This document shows, piece by piece, positions 56,555 to 64,000 of a stretch of 64,000 nt of DNA (position 1 is its first letter; each line of letters begins with the position of its first letter). This stretch comes from Candidatus Omnitrophota bacterium. Lineage in GTDB: Bacteria > Omnitrophota > Gorgyraeia > JAFGHF01. Below the pieces are notes generated by a model that saw only the letters and a program-made list of their open reading frames with translations, ran no database searches and was not told where the DNA came from. The stretch covers positions 692,211 to 756,210 of the forward strand of contig CP070837.1 of assembly GCA_020341815.1 (NCBI GenBank). The letters are read 5' to 3'. Position numbers and translations under genes: made by a program.

Positions 56555-57897
56555 TTGTTTAAGGATTTAAGGAAACTGGGAAGGCCGGAGGCCTCTTTGG
56601 GGCCAACACGCACCTTCCACCCCGACTCTTCTTCCAGTTTTCCGCTTAACACCGCTACATAACCGGGGATAATTATCTCTTTATGCGAAACCTTATCTTT
56701 TATTCCGCATTCATTCAAACTTTTGGTGATGGTCTCGGCGGTAAACTTCTCCGCCGCCCAGGCAGTCAAAACGCTTAATCCTTCAGCATAAGATGAAATT
56801 ATATAACAAGGAACGCGGCTTCCCTCAACCTCTGCCTCTACGGTATAATAGGTCAAAGAAAAATTAGTGGTAACCAATACCGGGGACTTATCTGTGACCT
56901 GGCCGATTTCATAAATCTTGGGCTCAACCTGAAGCGGCTTCTGCGGGTCGGTATAGATATTCTGGCGCAGGGTAAGCAAAGGCAAGACCTCCCAGGGCTC
57001 TACTCCTTTTATAACTACAATCCCCGCATACTTGGCGATATAAGAGGCGGCCTCTGTTATCTCCTGATAAGTCTCACCCGCTGAACTCAGGGCGATTGTG
57101 GGATAACCAAAGGGCCGATAAGTCTTCTTTAAGGCCAGGCGCCTGATTTGCGTTAAGTCACTTATCTTACCTGAGATATCCTTATTGCCCGAATCAAGAA
57201 TCAAATCTTCTACTCCTGCAGAGACCGCCTTCTGCGCCAATTCAGAAAGCTCATCCAGACTCTCTGCCTTGATTGCCAAAGGAAGAGAGTTTTCCTTGGC
57301 AATGGCAACCATAGCATCAAGGTTATCTTTAGTGGCAGCATAGAGTAAAGGCTTTCTATCTTTACAAAGAGAGGCTGCGGCCTTAATTATCTCTGCGTCT
57401 TCGCTCATTAGAATTAAATTTAGCGACTCGGTTACAGAGCGTAGTCTAATTTTTTTTACCAGCTCTGTAAAAGTCTCTTTTTTTCCACTGCTACATCTCA
57501 GCGCAATTAAATTTACGCCGATTTGCTGTCCCACGCGCTCAAAATGCAGCTTATTTATCTTATTAATCCTTTCATCGATTCTGGAAGCATCCTCTGTATC
57601 TTCAACAAGAACCGCTATACCCGCAGGGTGATAAAAGGTCTGTTCATGGCGAAACATTACGGTTTCGTTTCCTATCTCAAGCTTTGCCTCACCCGTTCCG
57701 ATAGTCACCAGTTTTATCGGCGGACGTGAGGCGCTTTCCAGGGCCTGCTTTGCCTCCTCGCTAACATAAGGGCATTTGCTTAACTCCACTTTTTTCGCCG
57801 CAATCTGCATAGCAAAGGCAAGACACGTGGGAAAACCGCATTCCTTACAATTAGTTTTAGGTAAAAGTTTATAAATATCAAGTCCCGATAACGCCAT
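56551..57897 (-). CDS. acsC: Corrinoid iron-sulfur protein large subunit (CFeSP gamma, AcsC/CdhE)
   Basis: 448 aa. N-terminal 4Fe-4S motif CKECGFPTCLAFAMQ, then a TIM barrel and a B12-binding domain. Confidence 0.85.
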   Translation of the reverse strand: MALSGLDIYKLLPKTNCKECGFPTCLAFAMQIAAKKVELSKCPYVSEEAKQALESASRPPIKLVTIGTGEAKLEIGNETVMFRHEQTFYHPAGIAVLVEDTEDASRIDERINKINKLHFERVGQQIGVNLIALRCSSGKKETFTELVKKIRLRSVTESLNLILMSEDAEIIKAAASLCKDRKPLLYAATKDNLDAMVAIAKENSLPLAIKAESLDELSELAQKAVSAGVEDLILDSGNKDISGKISDLTQIRRLALKKTYRPFGYPTIALSSAGETYQEITEAASYIAKYAGIVVIKGVEPWEVLPLLTLRQNIYTDPQKPLQVEPKIYEIGQVTDKSPVLVTTNFSLTYYTVEAEVEGSRVPCYIISSYAEGLSVLTAWAAEKFTAETITKSLNECGIKDKVSHKEIIIPGYVAVLSGKLEEESGWKVRVGPKEASGLPSFLKSLNK

Positions 57898-57906
57898 TTC
57901 TCCTCC

Positions 57907-60900
57907 TTACATAAGCGGTGGCATCTTAAGCGCCGGATGTCCTGTTTTCTCCAGGTGCTTCAATAAATCTTCGGAAGTTGTGGCCACAGTCTCATCGCCA
58001 ATCTTATCAAGTAAATCGGGCGCGCCTTCTTCCTCGCATCTTTTCTTTAACTTATCTGCCAGGGCCTCTTTCAGTTCCTTGGGCATCCAGACTATTCTTT
58101 TTAAGCCTCCATCGGCAGAGATGAACTTTTTGCTCACCAAATACAATCTTCCCACACCCATAAAGCCCGGGGTCTGCGCCCCTCCGCCTACCGAACCGGC
58201 CAGCGTAGAGAAAGTCATCCCGCAGGGCGTCATCCCGCTATACTCGCGGTTGACTACCATAAATCCGTTGGCCTCGGGTAAAATTGCGATAATACACTCG
58301 AAACACCCACAATTTTTAATTAAGAGGCCGTTGGCGAAATAGCAATGTTCATCTGAAGTAGTCAGGTTATAAACATATTTAAATTGATTTTTGTTCTGAA
58401 TCTTTTCAACCTTAGTTACTATATCTAAAAAATAATCGGTCTCCAGTAAGGATTGAAGAAAATCTCTCTTTTGCTGCGGAAGCACCTCTAATACCTTCTC
58501 TACATTTGCCGCTACAGGTCTTGACCGTGCTGTCTTGTAATAAAAGCATGTTGTGGGGCTTAAAACTTTAGAGCTTTCGGGAATCGAACTCAATATTCTT
58601 CCAACAGATAAAGGCAAAACCTGCTCTTGACTTTTATTAAGCCTGTTTTCGGCTGAGAGCTTTTTGATATCGCATAAGACCTTTTTCTTCTCTGGATGCC
58701 TAACTGGAACTTTTTCTGCAAATCTACTTAAACTAATTCCGTGCAAAACGACTTTGTAAATTGAACCTGCTTTATGTATATTAGCAGTAATTCCCAATCT
58801 TTTTAATAGTAATTGCAAATGGAATACAGCTGTCTTATCTTCAATACAAAGATAGGCCTCGCCTGTATCCCACTTATCTGCATATTTCCTTAATCTTACA
58901 CTACCATCTCCATCAAAAACCCCGGCTAAGTAAGCAGAAATAAAGTTTTGAGGAAGATTGATTAATTTAGATAGGTTCCATTTACCCTTAGCGCCAACTT
59001 TAATTCCATAGTAACTCAGCAAAGTTCCAAATAACGGATTGTTGATATAGCATTGATAACACTGCTTAACAGAATTGATTAGTCTTCCTCTTATCTTTCC
59101 CTTGCCCTTTGCTCTAACTCTAACACCTATGGCATGGCCAGGGAAAATATTTTTATAAGTGTCTTTATATGCGGAAATCAACTCTTCATTGGTGTTAATA
59201 AAATCTATCTTATATTGGTATTTTCCCACTTGACAAATAGACCCGTCAGATGTAATAAGTCCTGCTAAGTAAAAGAATTCCGGACTTAGAGCTTTAGGAA
59301 TATTGATTACGGATGCAGCTCGGCCGACTTTTTTAATGGACCTTTTTATCTCTTGCCAATCTAAATTTAAATCTTGAACTATAAGTTTCAACGCTTTTAA
59401 AGTAAAGTTAATTAAGTTTGGATTATATTGGCCCCATCCTAAATTTTTCCAAGCCGCAGAAAATGAACCATATTTTGCCTTCAACTTATCTTTCATTAAT
59501 TTGTTCAAACCCTCATCTCTGACACTAAAGTCGTCTGGAACAAGATCAATTATATCAGGAACCGCACTAGATAATTCCAACTTACTAAATGAAAAAGCTC
59601 TGTCGCCTGCTTTAATTTTGCCGGCTTCAATCCAACTTAGCCCTTCGGGCTTATCTATAGCGATTTTGTGATCCTCGGTCAAAATAATCTCTGCGCCTGA
59701 TTTGGTGGTCACTTTTACTAAATCTTTTGGGGCCGGAAACTTCTGCATCGCCACTATTTTCTCTGGAATAGTCTTGCCGTTCTTCAAAGTTAAAACCGAA
59801 GACTTGGCATATTCCTCTCCCCCCTGATGTCTATTTATAAACTCTCCCATTCTGGTTATTTTCCCATCAATAATAACTTCTGTTTCTGCTGTGCAACAGC
59901 TTGTCTCCGGAAAAGTCATTATAGAGTATCCGTGGAAGCGCTCCAGAGTTTTATTGGACTTTTGATAGATAAACTCATTTACGCCTTTCCATTCCCCTCT
60001 GGCCGCATCAAGGCACTCCCCCTTTTTCACCGGCTGATTAGGGCCGGTGGGATTTAATTCGTAAGAGGCCTTGGCATCCAGATAGCTGTATGCCCCGCAC
60101 AATCCTAATCTTTCCGGCTTGACCATACATAAGTGATTGGGCGCAAAGCTCTGACACAATGTGCAACTATAAAATGTATCCACGCTCTCATCGGTCATTC
60201 CGGCTGTGCGGGCATCGCGGGCCTCATAGGCCTTTTGAGCCTCACCGATGTGTTTTTCCACGTCTTCCTGTTTGGTATAAATCGTTATCTGGGCCTTATC
60301 TACGATAGCGCCAAAGGTATCGTGCAGGCGGGCATGCAGGATTGTTCCGAAATGTTTAATTTTAAAGCCTTTGTTCTTGGCGTCCTTGGAAATCCTCATC
60401 CAGCACATATCGCGCTGGCCCATATGAAAGACACCCATTGCCTCATTTAAGAATGAATGAATCTGCCGCTCTAAAATAGGTTCGAAGTCTTTCTGCATCT
60501 TGCGTCCGGCAACCTCAACCAAAATCCCCAAAGGAAGCGCTTCACCTTCTTTAACATCATCTATCTCCGGGCCGACCATTTCAATCTTTCCGTCCTGCAC
60601 TTCATCTAACTTTTTCATCCGCACATATTCAAAGGCGGTTGTGTATTTCCCGCCGAACTGCACATACATCTGCTCTTTTCTTACCCGCTCACCTTCAAAG
60701 GCCGCAGAATACGAAACGGGAATGGGGATCTCGGAAATCTTTACCTTCACCCCGCGCACCTCGATACAAACCGGAACTATCTTTTTATAATCGCGCTCTT
60801 TGACTAAATGCTCATAGGTGCAAATGCCCGAGGGCCTGATTTCGGGAATATCCGTATCGGCAATCACCGGAAAGCCCATATTGATAGCCCCGGCACCGGT

Positions 60901-61671
60901 AGCGTATTTCACATCGTCAAGTTCACCTAAGGCCAGGCCAAAAGCAAATACCCTCTCCTTGCAATACTGCAGGCATTTGGCGGCCTCGCCCTTTTTGTGT
61001 CCGCCGAAGGTAAGCGCCCCGCGAATTGCCCAGTGCAAAGGATAAATTGCGCTGATAGTATCTCTTCCGTAAGGCACGATATAGGTATCCCAGCCCATCT
61101 CAACCTTTTCTTCCTTTAGCTGATCGATAATACTCTTTCCATTACTTGATGAACCAACAAAGGTCAGGATATTGCGCTTTTGAAACTCCCTGACAATATC
61201 AACAGCGGTCTTGTTATCCGGGGCTGCCCCTAAAATTGCCGCAAACCCGGGCATCCTTCCGTCAACCAGTTGAATGCCCAAACTCCTTAAAATAGTATCC
61301 GAGAAAAATCCGTTACAATCGGCCTGGGGCTCCTGTCCATAGAGATAGCGAAGCGCCACGATTATTTCTTCGGCAAGCAAGGTAGCCATTCCTGAATCCA
61401 GGGCATCCCCTAAATAAGGAAGCCACAGCTCTTCACTCGGCTCTTCATGCAATAGCGACTTTATATGCTCAAGGACAGGCGCTATATCGGCTAAGGTCTT
61501 TACTTCCGCTCCTAATAAAGCATAAGCCATTGGAAGATAAAAAGCAGTTTCGGGGAAAGCAACCTTAGCGTCTTTTCCTTTTTCACTAATTGCCTTGTTC
61601 AAAAAGTCTTCTGCTTCCTTGGCAACCTTTTTTGCTCCGCGTATTGCGCTTGCTGCAACTATTTTAGACAT
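57907..61671 (-). CDS. acsB: Acetyl-CoA synthase (CODH/ACS beta subunit, AcsB) interrupted in-frame by a 529-aa intein
   Basis: 1254-aa ORF. The N-terminus MSKIVAASAIRGAKKVAKEAEDFL..FPETAFYLPMAYALLG is typical AcsB. 4Fe-4S cysteines C503/C506/C515/C525 have Moorella spacing. Removing residues 592-1120 rejoins ..FPETS to CGCFEC.. and gives a 725-aa AcsB. Confidence 0.9.
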   Translation of the reverse strand: MSKIVAASAIRGAKKVAKEAEDFLNKAISEKGKDAKVAFPETAFYLPMAYALLGAEVKTLADIAPVLEHIKSLLHEEPSEELWLPYLGDALDSGMATLLAEEIIVALRYLYGQEPQADCNGFFSDTILRSLGIQLVDGRMPGFAAILGAAPDNKTAVDIVREFQKRNILTFVGSSSNGKSIIDQLKEEKVEMGWDTYIVPYGRDTISAIYPLHWAIRGALTFGGHKKGEAAKCLQYCKERVFAFGLALGELDDVKYATGAGAINMGFPVIADTDIPEIRPSGICTYEHLVKERDYKKIVPVCIEVRGVKVKISEIPIPVSYSAAFEGERVRKEQMYVQFGGKYTTAFEYVRMKKLDEVQDGKIEMVGPEIDDVKEGEALPLGILVEVAGRKMQKDFEPILERQIHSFLNEAMGVFHMGQRDMCWMRISKDAKNKGFKIKHFGTILHARLHDTFGAIVDKAQITIYTKQEDVEKHIGEAQKAYEARDARTAGMTDESVDTFYSCTLCQSFAPNHLCMVKPERLGLCGAYSYLDAKASYELNPTGPNQPVKKGECLDAARGEWKGVNEFIYQKSNKTLERFHGYSIMTFPETSCCTAETEVIIDGKITRMGEFINRHQGGEEYAKSSVLTLKNGKTIPEKIVAMQKFPAPKDLVKVTTKSGAEIILTEDHKIAIDKPEGLSWIEAGKIKAGDRAFSFSKLELSSAVPDIIDLVPDDFSVRDEGLNKLMKDKLKAKYGSFSAAWKNLGWGQYNPNLINFTLKALKLIVQDLNLDWQEIKRSIKKVGRAASVINIPKALSPEFFYLAGLITSDGSICQVGKYQYKIDFINTNEELISAYKDTYKNIFPGHAIGVRVRAKGKGKIRGRLINSVKQCYQCYINNPLFGTLLSYYGIKVGAKGKWNLSKLINLPQNFISAYLAGVFDGDGSVRLRKYADKWDTGEAYLCIEDKTAVFHLQLLLKRLGITANIHKAGSIYKVVLHGISLSRFAEKVPVRHPEKKKVLCDIKKLSAENRLNKSQEQVLPLSVGRILSSIPESSKVLSPTTCFYYKTARSRPVAANVEKVLEVLPQQKRDFLQSLLETDYFLDIVTKVEKIQNKNQFKYVYNLTTSDEHCYFANGLLIKNCGCFECIIAILPEANGFMVVNREYSGMTPCGMTFSTLAGSVGGGAQTPGFMGVGRLYLVSKKFISADGGLKRIVWMPKELKEALADKLKKRCEEEGAPDLLDKIGDETVATTSEDLLKHLEKTGHPALKMPPLM
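58312..59898 (-). mobile_element. Intein with LAGLIDADG homing-endonuclease domain inserted at the A-cluster Cys-Gly-Cys motif of AcsB
   Basis: Block A CCTAETEVIIDG starts at C592. Two LAGLIDADG motifs are present (FYLAGLITSDGSI, AYLAGVFDGDGSV). Block F/G is KYVYNLTTSDEHCYFANGLLIKN, followed by the +1 Cys of CGCFEC. Intein DNA is visibly more AT-rich than the flanking acsB exteins. Confidence 0.8.
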
Positions 61672-61737
61672 TTGATACTCCTCGTTTAATATTCACCTTG
61701 AGTGCTTACGAATTTCGAATTTCCCATATCTTGCTTT

Positions 61738-62148
61738 CTAATTTAATCTTTTACCATAAATAAGGGCTATAAGCACGCCGCCCACAGGCGTAGCGATTAT
61801 CCCTGAAATAAGACAAGGAAGAGGAAATGGGCCAGCGCTCATAGTATGCTGAAAAAATAATCCTACTAACTGAGGTAAAAACAGAAGAACTCCAAAAATA
61901 AATCCCTTTTTTGCAGGAGTGTTTCCGGGGATGCCTCTATGGATTACAAGATAAAGAAAAGAAAGAACCAATCCCATAACTATGCTTAAAAGGATTAGCT
62001 TAGTCATCATTGTAGAATCAAATGATCTATAGAGATGCTCATAACCCACATACCAATCTTTGAATATTCCTCCGTTTACTATCCCGTGAATTACATTAGA
62101 AAAAATCCCCCATATTAACCCCGCAATAAGCCATCTTAATGCTTTCAT
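61738..62148 (-). CDS. Hypothetical 4-TM membrane protein
   Basis: 136 aa, hydrophobic. It sits between acsB and the oxidoreductase. Confidence 0.4.
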   Translation of the reverse strand: MKALRWLIAGLIWGIFSNVIHGIVNGGIFKDWYVGYEHLYRSFDSTMMTKLILLSIVMGLVLSFLYLVIHRGIPGNTPAKKGFIFGVLLFLPQLVGLFFQHTMSAGPFPLPCLISGIIATPVGGVLIALIYGKRLN

Positions 62149-62167
62149 CTTTTTTACCTCCTCTTAT

Positions 62168-63454
62168 CTAATAAGTTATTATTGTATCTTTACACTCTTC
62201 CAGTTTAAACTTATCTTTATATTTTGCAACTAACGGCATTATTTTGGCATAGTCAAAATTATCATCCAAAAGCAGATGCTTTATAGAGGAAACATCAATT
62301 CTATTTTTGATTAATATGCTTATTATTCCCGCCGGTTTTATATCGCCGACTAAGACCATGCCCACAATCACATTTTCCTTAAGCACAAACTTCTTATATA
62401 TATTATTTTTGACCTGTGAGATTATCTCATAATCTTTTTCCTCTTTGGGCTTGGTAACGCCCATTGAGATAGAGGCCAGGCCAAAAAAATCCACTGAGTT
62501 CATCGATAAGGAGCCGTCATATTTTATCTTTTTATCCAGCATATTTAAGGCGGCACGCTCCCCCTGCTCAACCGCACACGGCCAGAGGGCATTAATTCTT
62601 CTTTCTCCCCGGGCAATATCATAAGTCTGGGCGCAATCTCCGGCAGCAAAGATATTTTCATCAGACGTCTTTAAAAACTCATCAACCACGATTCCCTCTT
62701 CTACTTTTAATCCGCATGACGCAGCCAGTTCTGTATTGGCCTTTACGCCTTTACCGATAATAATCATCTGACATTTAATCTTTTCACCATTATCTAACAG
62801 AACCTCTTCCACGAACTCTTTGCCGATAATCTCCTTGGCGGCCAGGCCCGTCATAATCTTTATCCCGTTTTTCTCCAAGCGTGCTGCAATAAGGCTTGCG
62901 GCTTGCTTATCCACCATTTGTGATAAAACCTGCGGGCTTTTTACGATAACTGCCACCTCTTTTCCTCTTTGCCTTAAGGCATAGGCATCGCGCAGGCCTA
63001 TCAGCCCACCCCCTAATACAGCAATTCGTTCCACTTTATTCAGCATCTTCATTATCGAGCGGGCATCGTCTATCTTTCTTACGGTAAAGACGCCTTTTTT
63101 ATCAATCCCGGGCACATCAACCAGCTTGGGTGAAGCCCCGGTAGCCAGCAAAAGCTTATCGTAGGAAATCTTTGTCCTGTCTTTTAAGGTAATTGACTTT
63201 TCCTTCCTGTCTATGGAAACAGCTTTTTTGCACAGATAAAACTTTATATTATTGTCTTCGTAAAATGTCTTATCTTTAAAATAAAGCTTACTCTCATCGA
63301 TAGAGCCGGCCAAAAGATAAGTTAAGAGACAGCGCGAATACAGAGGGAATACCTCATCTGAGATTACCGCTATCTCTGAACTTTTATCGTGTTTTCTTAA
63401 GGTTTCCGCGCAAGCCACCCCGGCCGCACTTCCGCCTATAATTAGATATTTCAT
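62168..63454 (-). CDS. FAD-dependent pyridine nucleotide-disulfide-family oxidoreductase (NAD(P)H-linked), CODH-associated
   Basis: 428 aa. N-terminal FAD Rossmann LIIGGSAAGVACA and a second NAD Rossmann (VLGGGLIG). Confidence 0.7.
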   Translation of the reverse strand: MKYLIIGGSAAGVACAETLRKHDKSSEIAVISDEVFPLYSRCLLTYLLAGSIDESKLYFKDKTFYEDNNIKFYLCKKAVSIDRKEKSITLKDRTKISYDKLLLATGASPKLVDVPGIDKKGVFTVRKIDDARSIMKMLNKVERIAVLGGGLIGLRDAYALRQRGKEVAVIVKSPQVLSQMVDKQAASLIAARLEKNGIKIMTGLAAKEIIGKEFVEEVLLDNGEKIKCQMIIIGKGVKANTELAASCGLKVEEGIVVDEFLKTSDENIFAAGDCAQTYDIARGERRINALWPCAVEQGERAALNMLDKKIKYDGSLSMNSVDFFGLASISMGVTKPKEEKDYEIISQVKNNIYKKFVLKENVIVGMVLVGDIKPAGIISILIKNRIDVSSIKHLLLDDNFDYAKIMPLVAKYKDKFKLEECKDTIITY

Positions 63455-63951
63455 TTCTTTTTTACCTTTTTCTCAAACTCCTCTTTTGTGCCTACGAAAA
63501 GCGCGCCCGTGGGACAGGCCGCCACGCAGGCAAAGTCTTCCCTGTCCGGACAGAGGTCGCATTTGACCGCGATATGATTTTCCACATCTTGCACAATAGC
63601 GCCGAAGGGACAGCTCATTACACACATCCAGCATCCCACACACTTATCTTTATCCTGCAGGGTTGCCCCTGTCTTTTCATCCTTGGAGAGCGCCCCGCTC
63701 ATGCACGCCTTTATGCAGGGGGCGTCCTCGCAGTGCTGGCAATGCAGGGAAATAATCTTATTGTTGATATTTTCCGCTTTTACCCTTTTCTTGGGTAGAG
63801 CTTTTTCTTTGATTGCGCTAAAGATATCTTTTGACTTAGAATGTTCTACTGCGCAGGCAATCTCACAGGAGCGGCAGCCTACGCATTTGGTAATATCGCA
63901 ATATATCTTGATATCTTTTGTCTTTTTCTTCTTTAGCAGGTCTTTAGTCAT
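63451..63951 (-). CDS. cooF: CooF-like 4Fe-4S cluster ferredoxin (CO dehydrogenase electron-transfer subunit)
   Basis: 166 aa with four Cys-cluster motifs (CVGCRSCEIAC, CQHCEDAPCIKAC, CVGCWMCVMSCP, CDLCPD..CVAACP). Confidence 0.75.
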   Translation of the reverse strand: MTKDLLKKKKTKDIKIYCDITKCVGCRSCEIACAVEHSKSKDIFSAIKEKALPKKRVKAENINNKIISLHCQHCEDAPCIKACMSGALSKDEKTGATLQDKDKCVGCWMCVMSCPFGAIVQDVENHIAVKCDLCPDREDFACVAACPTGALFVGTKEEFEKKVKKK

Positions 63952-64000
63952 TATTTGTCATTCTCACCGGCTCTCGCTCATACATAAGAGGAGGAAGCTT

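Noticed and set aside
57907-61671. Alternative reading of the extra 529 aa in acsB as an ordinary domain fusion or as two genes
   Set aside because: There is no stop or frameshift. The insert begins with Cys directly after a conserved extein Ser and ends in ..IKN-C. It contains two LAGLIDADG motifs. Its removal restores exact AcsB collinearity and Cys spacing. Intein is the parsimonious explanation.

Overview
This window is a bacterial chromosomal segment with about 60 protein-coding genes, mostly on the minus strand in long, tightly packed operons, and three tRNAs. Its composition is mixed, with several conspicuously AT-rich insertions. The right third (52.1-64 kb) is a Wood-Ljungdahl carbonyl-branch cluster, read on the minus strand as cooF-like ferredoxin, FAD/NAD oxidoreductase, acsB, acsC, RACo, cooC, acsD, acsE. 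The most striking object is a 529-aa intein with a LAGLIDADG homing-endonuclease domain, inserted exactly at the catalytic Cys-Gly-Cys (A-cluster) motif of the acetyl-CoA synthase gene acsB. The rest is housekeeping or conserved-unknown: leuS; accA; mnmE; folC; a hom-thrC operon with a phosphoglycerate-mutase-like gene (proposed non-canonical homoserine kinase); gpsA; queF-queH; cca; a pabBC fusion next to an ATP-grasp and an AlaDH/PNT-like gene; a Ski2-like helicase; a CHASE2/HD-GYP signalling protein; an NfeD-stomatin pair; and comEA plus the 5' part of comEC. Two small repeat families are present. One is a 110-bp palindromic MITE-like element in two inverted copies; one copy abuts tRNA-Pro and a GIY-YIG nuclease gene, the other supplies the last codons of queF. 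The other is a roughly 110-140-bp hairpin-plus-promoter-like module found upstream of tRNA-Leu and upstream of a coiled-coil protein gene. No CRISPR array, rRNA or prophage was seen. All calls are from reading the sequence and ORF translations by eye; no database search was run.
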